Below the pieces are notes generated by a model. The model was not told the DNA's origin. It searched no databases and saw nothing but the letters and a program-made list of their open reading frames with translations. Shown here in pieces: positions 28,152 through 37,088 of a stretch of DNA of 43,256 nt. The number at the start of each line of letters is the position of its first letter. Position 1 is the first letter of the stretch. Position numbers and translations under genes: made by a program. This DNA comes from a virus (Duplodnaviria; Caudoviricetes): positions 1 to 43,256 of the IMG/VR virus record IMGVR_UViG_3300046710_000084, one strand, 5' to 3'.

Positions 28152-28301
28152 TCCTTGCTCTAGTCTGCCTGTGTAGGGAGCATAGGCAGATAAGCAGTGA
28201 CTAGCACTGCTCACAACTGAATGACTTGCACTGTGCAAGCAAGTGCGTAGCACACTACTGCTATACCAAACTGTAAGATGCGTGGGAGCGCATAACAAAC
28301 A

Positions 28302-29576
28302 ATGTCTGGTAAGAAACAATCTAACGGGTACGTAGAGTACACATGCCCAATCTGCCATGATGTGTTTCAGTTCAACGGCAAGGCTAAGGATGCTAAGTAC
28401 TTCCATGATGTGGAATATCATCCCAAGCAAGAGCTTCCTGCTGTGCCTGAGCCTGTTGCTGAGCCCATTGTAGTAGCGCCTGTAGTGGCTGCACCTGTAG
28501 CCCCTGCTGCTGCTGCCCCTAGCACAGTAAGCGATGTAACCGCAAGGTTGCTTCGTCTTGAAACACTGATTGCTGAGAAAGTGCAGAAAGAAATCGCCCT
28601 TGCTAAAGACGAGCAAGCACAGTACGTTGATGTGTCATGCTTGCAAGCACAGGTAGAGAAGATTGAGAGCAAGACTCTGCCCATGCTTATGTCTGTGCCT
28701 GAAGGCTATCGTGACAATGATGTCATTGATATGCTACAGCACGAGCTTGCTTCTGCAAAGAGCAAGTTAGCACTAGCGATGCTCTCTCCTGCATACCTCA
28801 GGGCTGAGGCTGCTAAGGCTGCCCTTGACAGGGCAGTACGTATAGAGCAGGCTACTAAGCAAGTAGCACAGGACAATGCTGCTGCTAACAACGTCTTCTC
28901 TGCCATTGGTAAAGAGTGGCTTGATGAGACTACGCAGCGCTTTGATGCTATGGTCAATGGTGACATTTGGATACCACGCCCTAAGCGTGAGCCAAATCGC
29001 ATCTGCTTCATGCATGACTTCTGGTGGGGCTTGCAGACACATGCTGCACGTGGCTTAGTCGATGAGGAAGGTACTTATCTACGTCCTCCTATGCCTAAGA
29101 ACGAGCGCACATGGGAAGCACTGGAGCCCTTAGTAGCAGAGGTCTTTGATGAGCTAATGGCTAAGTACAGCTTTGACTTCAACAAGACTAAGCACTATGA
29201 CATACGTGTTGACCTAAAGAAGGTTGATGCAGATGGCTTCATAGTCAAGGCTGATAGCAAGATTGTGCCTGTGTCCTATGCCCTGCCCTACAATGAGTGG
29301 CTTGCACGTATCAAGGGTATCATGCATCAGATATGGCGCAAGACATGGAATAGGCGTGATGTGAACGAGGCTAGTGCTATTGCTGAACTTGGTTATTATG
29401 GCAGTGGCAAGGAAGACTTGTCCAGAGAGTACTGCACGTGGGCAGGGAAGCAAGACGCAAAGACCAAGCTAGGTAGGATGACTAGCATGGAGTATGCGCT
29501 GTTGGCTGCCAAGGGTGAGTTACCCAAGGACGCCCCTGTGAAACAGCCTAAGGCCTCTTCCCGCAAGAGCAAATAG
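28302..29576 (+). CDS. Hypothetical protein, 424 aa (N-terminal CxxC, P/A/V linker, coiled coil)
   Basis: YTCPICH at the N-terminus; long open frame. Confidence 0.75.
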   Translation: MSGKKQSNGYVEYTCPICHDVFQFNGKAKDAKYFHDVEYHPKQELPAVPEPVAEPIVVAPVVAAPVAPAAAAPSTVSDVTARLLRLETLIAEKVQKEIALAKDEQAQYVDVSCLQAQVEKIESKTLPMLMSVPEGYRDNDVIDMLQHELASAKSKLALAMLSPAYLRAEAAKAALDRAVRIEQATKQVAQDNAAANNVFSAIGKEWLDETTQRFDAMVNGDIWIPRPKREPNRICFMHDFWWGLQTHAARGLVDEEGTYLRPPMPKNERTWEALEPLVAEVFDELMAKYSFDFNKTKHYDIRVDLKKVDADGFIVKADSKIVPVSYALPYNEWLARIKGIMHQIWRKTWNRRDVNEASAIAELGYYGSGKEDLSREYCTWAGKQDAKTKLGRMTSMEYALLAAKGELPKDAPVKQPKASSRKSK

Positions 29577-29600
29577 GCTGACTGACAAATCCTTTCTTTC

Positions 29601-30575
29601 ATGTCTAAGAAAACAGGAACCAATCCGATTACTGAAACAACCGCTGTAAACAATTCAAATATGGACACAACTCAAACACTTTCTCAAACCACTGTCGCTA
29701 CCCCCAACGTTGTTCTTGAGAACCCCAATGGCACGAGTCACCGTCTGGTCGTGTATAGCCGTTCAGACTGGAACCCCTCTACTGATTTATCCATGCTTGA
29801 CTTGTCCCAAAGTCGAGCGGCTCTCAATGGTATTGCTAAGTGGGTAGCTGGCGGCATCAAGGGCAGTGCAAAGCTGCTCATTGTTGCTCCAACTGTAAAG
29901 TTGGCTTTCTCCAATGGCACAGGTACATTTGCGTATGTCAGAAATGACTTCGTTCCAGGCGTAGATGACCTGACCATTGACGTAGATGGCACTCCGATAT
30001 TCCTGACTGTTGATGGTAAAGATGTTCCCAACACTCGTGGTTATCGCCGTTTGCACTTGGATGGTGGCGAGCTCTATGCTAAAGCATGGGAGCCTATCTT
30101 CACTCACAGTGATGAAGACCCCTTTGTGTATTGGTACTGCCGCTGCCTGAGCGCTATTCTGGAAGGCAACAATGTCTCTGTAAGCATCGGCCCGAAACTT
30201 CTGAGCGATGCTGAAGAGGTGATGAAGGTTGTAAATAGCCCCGATAAGGCTGCTGCGAATGATGCACGATTGTATGTTGGTCGTGTCTCTTCTCGCTTTA
30301 GCCAGGACGTAAGGGCTAACACAGCCGAGATTATTGGGAATGCTGTTGAGTCAGGACAGGGCATCAACGTTGGTGCATCTGATTTGATTGTTCCCCTTGC
30401 TGGTGGTGGTACTATCAGCTTGGTGCGCTTCAATAAGGTGACACCCATCCGTGTGATGACTGAAGGTGGACAGATTTTACGCCCACGGTTCCTGGCTAAT
30501 GACACAGACGTAGCTCGCTTGGCCTTCGCTTCAACGATGCGCCAGCAGAAGCTCTCTGTGGTTCTGACTCAGTAA
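29601..30575 (+). CDS. Hypothetical protein, 324 aa
   Basis: Long ORF with T/N-rich N-terminus. Confidence 0.75.
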   Translation: MSKKTGTNPITETTAVNNSNMDTTQTLSQTTVATPNVVLENPNGTSHRLVVYSRSDWNPSTDLSMLDLSQSRAALNGIAKWVAGGIKGSAKLLIVAPTVKLAFSNGTGTFAYVRNDFVPGVDDLTIDVDGTPIFLTVDGKDVPNTRGYRRLHLDGGELYAKAWEPIFTHSDEDPFVYWYCRCLSAILEGNNVSVSIGPKLLSDAEEVMKVVNSPDKAAANDARLYVGRVSSRFSQDVRANTAEIIGNAVESGQGINVGASDLIVPLAGGGTISLVRFNKVTPIRVMTEGGQILRPRFLANDTDVARLAFASTMRQQKLSVVLTQ

Positions 30576-30588
30576 TTTACTGATTATT

Positions 30589-30624
30589 GCCCCTGGCATG
30601 GCAACTCACCGCTGTGCCAGGGGC
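30589..30624 (+). terminator. Hairpin after the 324-aa gene (part of a larger structured segment)
   Basis: GCCCCTGGCATGGC/GCTGTGCCAGGGGC stem with G-U pairs, followed by TACTTGT. Confidence 0.5.
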
Positions 30625-30718
30625 TACTTGTCCCTGCTGAGCCATTGGCCCTAAGACGGACACAGGCGCATAGTATAACCAGCCCTTGCAGGGACACAAT
30701 CAGTAGCTACTATTTCCT

Positions 30719-30955
30719 ATGGCACAATTACCCCGAACCAACATACTGACCCATCACATGCTTGTCTTAGAAGGTGCATGTAAAGACCAGCGTCAGGTGT
30801 TTGTTGAGAACTTTGGCTATAAGGTCAAAGTGACTCAGATACGTCTGAGAAAAGCCCACGAGTTGGGATTGTGGCTGTCCTGGTTTGGAGACCACTTCAA
30901 CCGTGATAGAACTGCCTGGGAGAAAGACTTAGTAAGGTGGGCAGGACACATTTGA
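30719..30955 (+). CDS. Hypothetical protein, 78 aa
   Basis: Co-oriented ORF. Confidence 0.5.
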   Translation: MAQLPRTNILTHHMLVLEGACKDQRQVFVENFGYKVKVTQIRLRKAHELGLWLSWFGDHFNRDRTAWEKDLVRWAGHI

Positions 30956-31031
30956 GAAGATAAAGAGGATATGTGGGACGAAATGGCTAGAATGGTGTGG
31001 GTAAACTGCTGCTGGCATATCTAAACCAATA

Positions 31032-31072
31032 TTCAGTCGTTGAAATTCAATGACTGAAATTCAATGACTGAA
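31032..31072. repeat. 13-bp unit TTCAATGACTGAA: two direct copies plus one inverted copy
   Basis: Direct copies at 31046-31058 and 31060-31072; inverted copy with 1 mismatch at 31032-31044. Confidence 0.75.
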
Positions 31073-31394
31073 TTATAGACTTGTTAGCAACACCCCTCCT
31101 ACCACTCTTGGTAATAGAATAGACATCATGCCAATCGCATTCCCTTCCTTCCCTATATCTGGTATGTTCCTAGTTCCCCATCGTAAGAAGAGTAGCTTAC
31201 GTGTGTACAAGATAAAGCGGTGGTGGTAGCATCTATCACATAAATGACAGGACAAGTACTTATATACTACGTGTTGATGCTTCTCCTGAGATTGAGGCGC
31301 TGTTTCCTAAGGACAATCTCTATCACACCTTATATGTGTGGGCAGTTATTAGGGATAACACGTTCATCGTTATCGAGAATGCCTACTGGAGAAA

Positions 31395-31742
31395 TTGGTA
31401 GCTATGCTTGATTTCCCTCCTTACAACAATCTGCCTACTACGCCTTGTCCTGACCTATGGGAGTGTAAGCTCAATCACCTTCCCCCTGCTATACATAACA
31501 GCATCATGTACGATGGTAAGGTGTACATCCCTAATACGTTCAAGAATTACAACATCATGTGGGATTATTGCTACGCTGTCAAGGGTGCTGATATTGACAG
31601 GGATTATAGGCGTGTGTACAAGTTCCTCTTAGGACATTGGAAGTGCATCAATAGTCCTTATGGTGTGTGCGTCTACGATATGGCATCCAACATGAGGGAT
31701 GACTCTTGCGTTATCTGTGGTCAGCCTGACGAGCGTAAGTAA
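31395..31742 (+). CDS. Hypothetical protein with C-terminal CxxCGQPDERK motif, ~112-115 aa
   Basis: Probable start at ATG 31404; Cys-rich C-terminus. Confidence 0.6.
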   Translation: MVAMLDFPPYNNLPTTPCPDLWECKLNHLPPAIHNSIMYDGKVYIPNTFKNYNIMWDYCYAVKGADIDRDYRRVYKFLLGHWKCINSPYGVCVYDMASNMRDDSCVICGQPDERK

Positions 31743-31962
31743 ATGCCTCACAAGCAAACCGATAAAGAGTACATCACTGGAGTGCTCTTCCTACTGATAA
31801 TCATAGTGATTGTTGTGTTGCTTAGGCTCACATGAGATACGATACCCATCACACTAAAACTGATAATGCCATCTATGCCACTGAGCTTGTTGTAATAGGC
31901 ATTGTTGTATTAGCTTTACTCTTTGCTCCTGCCATAGTCGAACTACTGATATCCTTCATTCC

Positions 31963-32307
31963 ATGATTGAAATCGGAAACGGTCTCTTCTATACTGTAGA
32001 GCATTATCGTTTGCCTAACTTCAGCTATGTGTTCAAGAAGAAAGGTAAACCCAATGAGGATGACCTTGTACGCTTTATGCATGAAGCCAAAATATGGCTG
32101 CTTGAAGATAACGTCACTCACAGTACTGATGTGGTCAAGCCTCACACTACTGGTGGCAAGACGATTGTCTACATCCGTAATGCTGCTAAAGAAGTGCTGG
32201 CAACAGGCGTGATGTTATGTTCCATGTCTGAGACTTACTCTTACAAGTATGGTAGAGAAGAAGGACTGAAACGAGCTCTGGACAATTACAATGCTACCCC
32301 ACGTTGA
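31963..32307 (+). CDS. Hypothetical phage protein, 114 aa
   Basis: GGKT...G...CS..E.YSYKYGR...LKRAL pattern seen in small phage proteins. Confidence 0.6.
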   Translation: MIEIGNGLFYTVEHYRLPNFSYVFKKKGKPNEDDLVRFMHEAKIWLLEDNVTHSTDVVKPHTTGGKTIVYIRNAAKEVLATGVMLCSMSETYSYKYGREEGLKRALDNYNATPR

Positions 32308-32609
32308 GAAGTTCTTGATGGTAGAATGGGATGATGAACTCGGCTATTATGTACCAGTTGACCCGCAAGCTCCAGCTAAAGGCTGCATTCGTGGTGTATT
32401 GCTTGGTGCTGTATGCTGGATAATCATACTTTCCTTGGTTTACTTGGCAATACATCTGCTGTAGATAAAATGGTCATGTCGATGCATCGGCCTGGAGAAG
32501 GGTACATCATCAAGGCTGGTACAATCTATCACTTTGCTCACAGGAATGCGCCCTTGACCAAGTACTCAGATGTATCTGAGCAAAAGAAGAAGACCAAACG
32601 AGGTAGACG

Positions 32610-32822
32610 ATGAGACGCAGACAAACTTCCAATAACATAATGATAGCCTTTCTGAATATGCTCATGGGTACTGAGCCCACCATTGGCACTGGTAATATGA
32701 AGTTCGAGCATAAGGTCATGGAGCACAGCGGCATCACCAGTCGTGCATCCAAGCCCAAGAAGCCAGGGCGTGGACATCCTGCAAAGAACTACGACCCCTT
32801 CACAAAGACATGGGTGAAATAG
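32610..32822 (+). CDS. Basic hypothetical protein, 70 aa
   Basis: GAGG RBS and ATGA overlap. Confidence 0.5.
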   Translation: MRRRQTSNNIMIAFLNMLMGTEPTIGTGNMKFEHKVMEHSGITSRASKPKKPGRGHPAKNYDPFTKTWVK

Positions 32823-33283
32823 ACCAACTCCCTCCAGCCAACTGTTTCAAGGTTGTAAGGATACAACACGGTAAGAAACTGTCTTACATCTCCAAGTCTG
32901 AAGAAATCCAAAGCAAACGCTTCAAGGGCTGTGAGGATAAACCCTGCAAGCTCGTCATTGAATACTTCCAGCACGTAACTGTTTATCCCAAAGTAGGAAA
33001 GATACTGGTCTTCAAGAATTGGGAAGCAACACGTGAGTTGTATGCTGGCCCTAGCCATATTGGTGAACCATTTGAAACCTGGGCTTGTTACGGCACAGAC
33101 CTTGAACCTATTGATGTGCTACTTTATCCAGACTACATGAATGCCAACAGCGTTATCAAGTTCTGGAATAACGAGACCATTACCCCTATCCCATCAGCCA
33201 GATGGATAATGAAGTTTCAGATGAATGCACCCAAGAACACTCTAGGGGCATCCTCGCTGATGTTACTTCACAAGGTCAACTAA
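32810..33283 (+). CDS. Hypothetical protein, 157 aa
   Basis: Packed co-oriented ORF. Confidence 0.6.
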   Translation: MGEIDQLPPANCFKVVRIQHGKKLSYISKSEEIQSKRFKGCEDKPCKLVIEYFQHVTVYPKVGKILVFKNWEATRELYAGPSHIGEPFETWACYGTDLEPIDVLLYPDYMNANSVIKFWNNETITPIPSARWIMKFQMNAPKNTLGASSLMLLHKVN

Positions 33284-33505
33284 ATGGCTAACAAACCGTC
33301 CAAGCACCAACAGCTATTCAAACTGATAGATGGCTTCATCGACAACTATCCTGAGACCAGTCTTGCACAAGAATGGCGAGAGCAAGAAGCCCTTGGTTAT
33401 ACATCCATGGCTGATTACTCTGTGCCAGTTCTAAGACTGGAATGTGAACTTCCCAATCTTGCTCAGCGAGCCTTGGGAGTCATCAAGCCGCTGCTTGGTT
33501 TATGA
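33284..33505 (+). CDS. Hypothetical protein, 73 aa
   Basis: Abuts the upstream stop. Confidence 0.55.
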   Translation: MANKPSKHQQLFKLIDGFIDNYPETSLAQEWREQEALGYTSMADYSVPVLRLECELPNLAQRALGVIKPLLGL

Positions 33506-33754
33506 ATGGGACTATACAAACAGCTAGATACCAAACTACTGATAATGCTTCAGGAGAATTGGTCTCGCAAAGATATGGAGAACCATGTCTACAAGTTCCT
33601 TCTGGTAGGACATGGCATTCCTCATCCTGGGCCAGAGGACGATGTAGCAGACTTGGAAGAACTGAGCCTGAAGATTGTCTCAGATTATCTGAGGCAGCAC
33701 TGGTGGCAATATCTGATAAACCGCATCAGAACATGGATTTATGGGATATCCTAG
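33506..33754 (+). CDS. Hypothetical protein, 82 aa
   Basis: Abuts the upstream stop; preferred over the overlapping 33502 frame for this interval. Confidence 0.5.
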   Translation: MGLYKQLDTKLLIMLQENWSRKDMENHVYKFLLVGHGIPHPGPEDDVADLEELSLKIVSDYLRQHWWQYLINRIRTWIYGIS

Positions 33755-34014
33755 TAGTCAATCCCATTCAATATGGTACTCCGATGTCGGAGCTAGTTAT
33801 GCCATTTGATTATGACCATAGCTTTCGTGCTGACCGAGAGGCAGACAAAGACCCTGAAGATGCACTTGAGCCTACTGCACGTGATATAATACTTGCCTCT
33901 CTTACTGACAAATTGCTTGAGCTCACTCTTGCGAACCGTGACGATTGCGAGACCATGGCTGAGCAACTGCTAAGTAGGATTGAACCCTACATCTGCTACG
34001 AAGGAAAACAATAA
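33733..34014 (+). CDS. Acidic hypothetical protein, ~93 aa
   Basis: C-terminal part of the 33502..34014 frame; start uncertain. Confidence 0.45.
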   Translation: MDLWDILVVNPIQYGTPMSELVMPFDYDHSFRADREADKDPEDALEPTARDIILASLTDKLLELTLANRDDCETMAEQLLSRIEPYICYEGKQ

Positions 34015-34015
34015 C

Positions 34016-34474
34016 ATGTATGAATTAGTAATTCTCGTTGGTCGTCTTACTGCTGACCCTGAAATGCGCTACACCCCTGGTGGTGACGCAGTAACCAACT
34101 TCAACTTAGCTGTTGATGCTGATTACACTGATGCTCAAGGCACGAAAATCGAGCGCACCAAGTTCTTCAAGATTACGTGCTGGAAGAAAGTTGCTGAAAT
34201 CGTCAACCAGTACAAACACAAGGGCGACCCTGTGATGGTTGAGGGTGAAATGCAAATGAAGTTCGTGAAGAACGCTGATGGCAAGATGGTTGGCAACGGC
34301 CCCGATATCTGGAACCGCCAGGACGGTTCACCCGCAGCCAACTATGAAATCAGGGCGCAACGTGTTGTGTTCCTGCCTTCACCCAAGGCTGGTGTGAACG
34401 CTGCTGGCGCTGGTGGCACTCCTGCTGCAAGCTCAAGCGCTACTGACCCCACTGGTGACGGAATACCATTTTGA
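34016..34474 (+). CDS. ssb: Single-stranded DNA-binding protein, 152 aa
   Basis: LVGRLTADPEMRYTPGG, NFNLAV, KGDPVMVEG and C-terminal DGIPF. Confidence 0.93.
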   Translation: MYELVILVGRLTADPEMRYTPGGDAVTNFNLAVDADYTDAQGTKIERTKFFKITCWKKVAEIVNQYKHKGDPVMVEGEMQMKFVKNADGKMVGNGPDIWNRQDGSPAANYEIRAQRVVFLPSPKAGVNAAGAGGTPAASSSATDPTGDGIPF

Positions 34475-34497
34475 GAACGGTCTACACTAAATAGGTC

Positions 34498-34542
34498 TTG
34501 ACAATAAGGGCCTCTTGGATAATAATATATCCAGGAGGCCCT
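34498..34542 (+). promoter_or_regulatory. Promoter overlapping an RBS-sequestering hairpin upstream of an HNH-type gene
   Basis: TTGACA 34498-34503, 17 nt, AATAAT. A 15-bp stem 34507-34521/34528-34542 (one G-U) buries AGGAGG; ATG at 34543. Confidence 0.65.
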
Positions 34543-34971
34543 ATGACAACCAAGATTTGTTTCAAGTGTGGCAAAGAAAAAGACCTATCTGAGTTTTATA
34601 TTCATCCAGAAATGGCTGATGGACACTTAGGCAAGTGTATAGAATGTACTCGTAATGATGTTACCGACAACCGTAGTAACAGACGTGAATATTACTCAGC
34701 CTATGAACAAAAGCGCAATCATAGGCCTGAGCGCAAAATACAAAAGCGTGAGTGCCGAAGAAAGCGCCGATTAGAAAAACCCGAGAAGGAAAAGTGCTAT
34801 CGTGCTTTCTACTATGCTCTTGCCAAAGGAACTCTGATACGACAGCCTTGCGAAATCTGTGGAAAGAAAGCTCAGGGACACCATGAAGACTATTCTAAAC
34901 CATTGGAGGTACGCTGGCTATGCTTCAGGCATCATCGAGAAGCACATCACCAAACTGTTATTGTAGATTAG
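34543..34971 (+). CDS. HNH-like (His/Cys zinc-binding) endonuclease, 142 aa
   Basis: KICFKCG..K...EFY...C..C zinc module, then PCEICG...HHEDYSKPLEVRWLCFRHH. Confidence 0.7.
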   Translation: MTTKICFKCGKEKDLSEFYIHPEMADGHLGKCIECTRNDVTDNRSNRREYYSAYEQKRNHRPERKIQKRECRRKRRLEKPEKEKCYRAFYYALAKGTLIRQPCEICGKKAQGHHEDYSKPLEVRWLCFRHHREAHHQTVIVD

Positions 34972-34981
34972 GGGAGCCATT

Positions 34982-35836
34982 ATGAGATGCATACTAGAGC
35001 CACATCCAGACGGTATATCTGTCCGAACTCCATTCAACCGAAACTTTGTCTATGAATTGAAGGAGTCCATTCCTTCCCATGAACGTAAGTGGGATGGGGT
35101 GACAAAGCTGTGGATTGTAGCCCCCAAGCATGGTCAAACTGTGCAGAAGCTCATCTTGAGACATTTCAGAGAGAACGTATCTATTCCCAAGGTGAACATT
35201 GTCACAGAGAAACGCAGAGGCACAATCAAGCTGTTGTATGTTGGCTCTGCTAAAGAGCGTGAGGATGGCAGTAGAACCTCGTTTGGTATGCACTATGATA
35301 CCAAAGAGTGGTCTGTAGTCTTCCCTGAGAATGTGCTCCGTAATTGGTTCGATGGCGTAGAACTGAGCTCAGATGAGCCTGAGCATACGTTACTACCCAA
35401 GGGCAGCTTTTATCTACTACTTGGCATCAAGACCATTACAGATAACCAGGATGAGATAAAGTCTGCCTATCGTAGGATGGCACGTCAATGGCATCCTGAT
35501 GTCTGCAAGGAACCTGATGCAACTGAACGTTTCAAGTGTATCAATGAGGCGTACCAGGTACTCAGTGATGGCAGACAGAAGAAGCTGTATGATATTGGGC
35601 AGCGCATGGTTGACAGTACTGCTGGAACCAAGAAAGCATTACGCTCCTCAGTCTATCAGGATGACTATAAGCCAGACCTAAGATGTGGTGTCATCGACTG
35701 TGACTATGAGGTTCTAATGGGTAGAGCCTTTGTGCAGAAGATTTACTCATGGGCAGATATCACGAATGCCAAAGGCGAGACTCTGGTTACGTCCTGGCAA
35801 ATGAACGATAAGCAACCTACTGTGTATTGGATATAA
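34982..35836 (+). CDS. J-domain (DnaJ-like) protein with N-terminal HARP-like domain, 284 aa
   Basis: FYLLLGI...EIKSAYRRMARQWHPDV...ERFKCINEAYQVLSD...YD; N-terminal PFNRNFVYELK..IP...RKWD...KLW. Confidence 0.8.
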   Translation: MRCILEPHPDGISVRTPFNRNFVYELKESIPSHERKWDGVTKLWIVAPKHGQTVQKLILRHFRENVSIPKVNIVTEKRRGTIKLLYVGSAKEREDGSRTSFGMHYDTKEWSVVFPENVLRNWFDGVELSSDEPEHTLLPKGSFYLLLGIKTITDNQDEIKSAYRRMARQWHPDVCKEPDATERFKCINEAYQVLSDGRQKKLYDIGQRMVDSTAGTKKALRSSVYQDDYKPDLRCGVIDCDYEVLMGRAFVQKIYSWADITNAKGETLVTSWQMNDKQPTVYWI

Positions 35837-35840
35837 TCTT

Positions 35841-36059
35841 ATGGCAGGAATCACATTTGACGAAATCGAAACTGCTGAGCTTGCTGACAATCTTGAGTCC
35901 GTGGTCAAGGGCAACAAACTTATCCTGGTCATCGACTTAGCCGAAACAATTGGCGAGTCATCAACTGGTAAAATGATGGGTATTGCGTCCACTGGTGGGT
36001 TTATCTCAGTCCCAGGCACGAAAGCTAAGATGAACCTATATATTGGTAAGAAAATCTAA
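35841..36059 (+). CDS. Small conserved beta protein, 72 aa
   Basis: LVIDL....GESSTGK...IASTGG...MNLYIGK; similar to 36852..37088. Confidence 0.65.
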   Translation: MAGITFDEIETAELADNLESVVKGNKLILVIDLAETIGESSTGKMMGIASTGGFISVPGTKAKMNLYIGKKI

Positions 36060-36347
36060 ATGGCTAAGCCAGATTGCTATAAGTGTATCTTTCGTAGGCA
36101 ACTGATAGGTGATAGGCACAGTTCATGTGTTCATCCACCATTTGATAAACTTGTAGAAGACCCATTACTAGCAATATTAGGAATGATGTCCTCTGCTTGC
36201 AAGCAACCTATGCCTGACATGAATACAAAAGACATGAACTTGACAATCAATCCACACGGCAAGAAAATGGGTTGGGCGAATCATCCTTGGAATTTCGATG
36301 TAATATGGATAGATAATTGTGATGGCTTTACACCACTGGAGGAATAA
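36060..36347 (+). CDS. Cys/His-containing phage protein, 95 aa
   Basis: CYKC.FR....G..HSSC.HP...HG...GW..HPWNFD..W...CDGF. Confidence 0.65.
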   Translation: MAKPDCYKCIFRRQLIGDRHSSCVHPPFDKLVEDPLLAILGMMSSACKQPMPDMNTKDMNLTINPHGKKMGWANHPWNFDVIWIDNCDGFTPLEE

Positions 36348-36780
36348 CCGTATATCCCATATTTCGAAGTGTAGTAATCATGTCTTGTACAGTGATTCCT
36401 CTGCCATGGCTACCAACTTTCAATTCTAGATTCTCAATACGATTGTCATCCCTGACACCATTGATATGATGGACAGTTTCATCTTTACCGAGATATCTCC
36501 CAAGATATTTCTCCATGACTAAACGATGCTCAAAGAGATAGCCATTCTTGGGTGCATTCGGATGATGACCGTAATCTCTTATTAGCATATATCCATCACC
36601 ATCGAGGCGCTTACCGCCAATCCATCGTGACTTGTTACAGTCATCCGAGCAATATTTCTTTCCTACACAATATGCCCGAGATGGTTCTCTCCAAAACTCT
36701 TTACCACAAGTAAAACAAATGAGTTTGACCCATTTCTTACGTGGCGTAAATGATGTGGGAGGTCTATTACGTATTTGCAT
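36328..36780 (-). CDS. HNH homing endonuclease, 150 aa, antisense within the plus-strand arm
   Basis: CFTCGKEF...YCSDDC; EHRLVME..LGR.L...ETVHHINGVRDDNRIENL. Confidence 0.88.
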   Translation of the reverse strand: MQIRNRPPTSFTPRKKWVKLICFTCGKEFWREPSRAYCVGKKYCSDDCNKSRWIGGKRLDGDGYMLIRDYGHHPNAPKNGYLFEHRLVMEKYLGRYLGKDETVHHINGVRDDNRIENLELKVGSHGRGITVQDMITTLRNMGYTVIPPVV

Positions 36781-36786
36781 ATAGGG

Positions 36787-36795
36787 ATTATATCA
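36787..36795 (-). promoter_or_regulatory. Extended -10 promoter, probably leaderless mRNA for the HNH gene
   Basis: TG-A-TATAAT, 6 nt, then ATG at 36780; no SD. Confidence 0.6.
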
Positions 36796-36851
36796 CACCA
36801 TAACTGCTATTACCATTCTGATATCTGCACGTATCAAAAGTTTATAATATA

Positions 36852-37088
36852 ATGGCTAAAATAAAATCGCCTTCTATTCCAGAACTAAAATCAACTGGTA
36901 AGGGTTTCAAGACTGGTATGACTGATGATGGACTGTTTGTAATCGTAATTGACACTAAAGTGGAGATTGGAAAATCAAAGCACAATAATCCTCTATTCGC
37001 TATCACAAACGGCGTCTGTGGAACCCCATTTGGTAAAGGTATTTTCCTATCTCTTATGGTAGGTAAAGTAGCCAATGCAACCAAGTAA
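36852..37088 (+). CDS. Small beta protein, 78 aa (similar to 35841..36059)
   Basis: VIVIDT...IGKSK....FAITNG...LSLMVGK. Confidence 0.55.
   Translation: MAKIKSPSIPELKSTGKGFKTGMTDDGLFVIVIDTKVEIGKSKHNNPLFAITNGVCGTPFGKGIFLSLMVGKVANATK

Noticed and set aside
30578-30706. Hammerhead/pistol/twister ribozyme or tRNA
   Set aside because: No CUGAnGA/GAAA core, no full pistol consensus and no T-loop/cloverleaf; kept only as an unnamed structured candidate.
31032-31072. Possible mini-CRISPR
   Set aside because: Units are 13-14 bp and adjacent, with no spacers.
33502-34014. 170-aa ORF as a single gene
   Set aside because: Its first half overlaps the better-coupled 33506..33754 ORF; only the distal part is likely coding.
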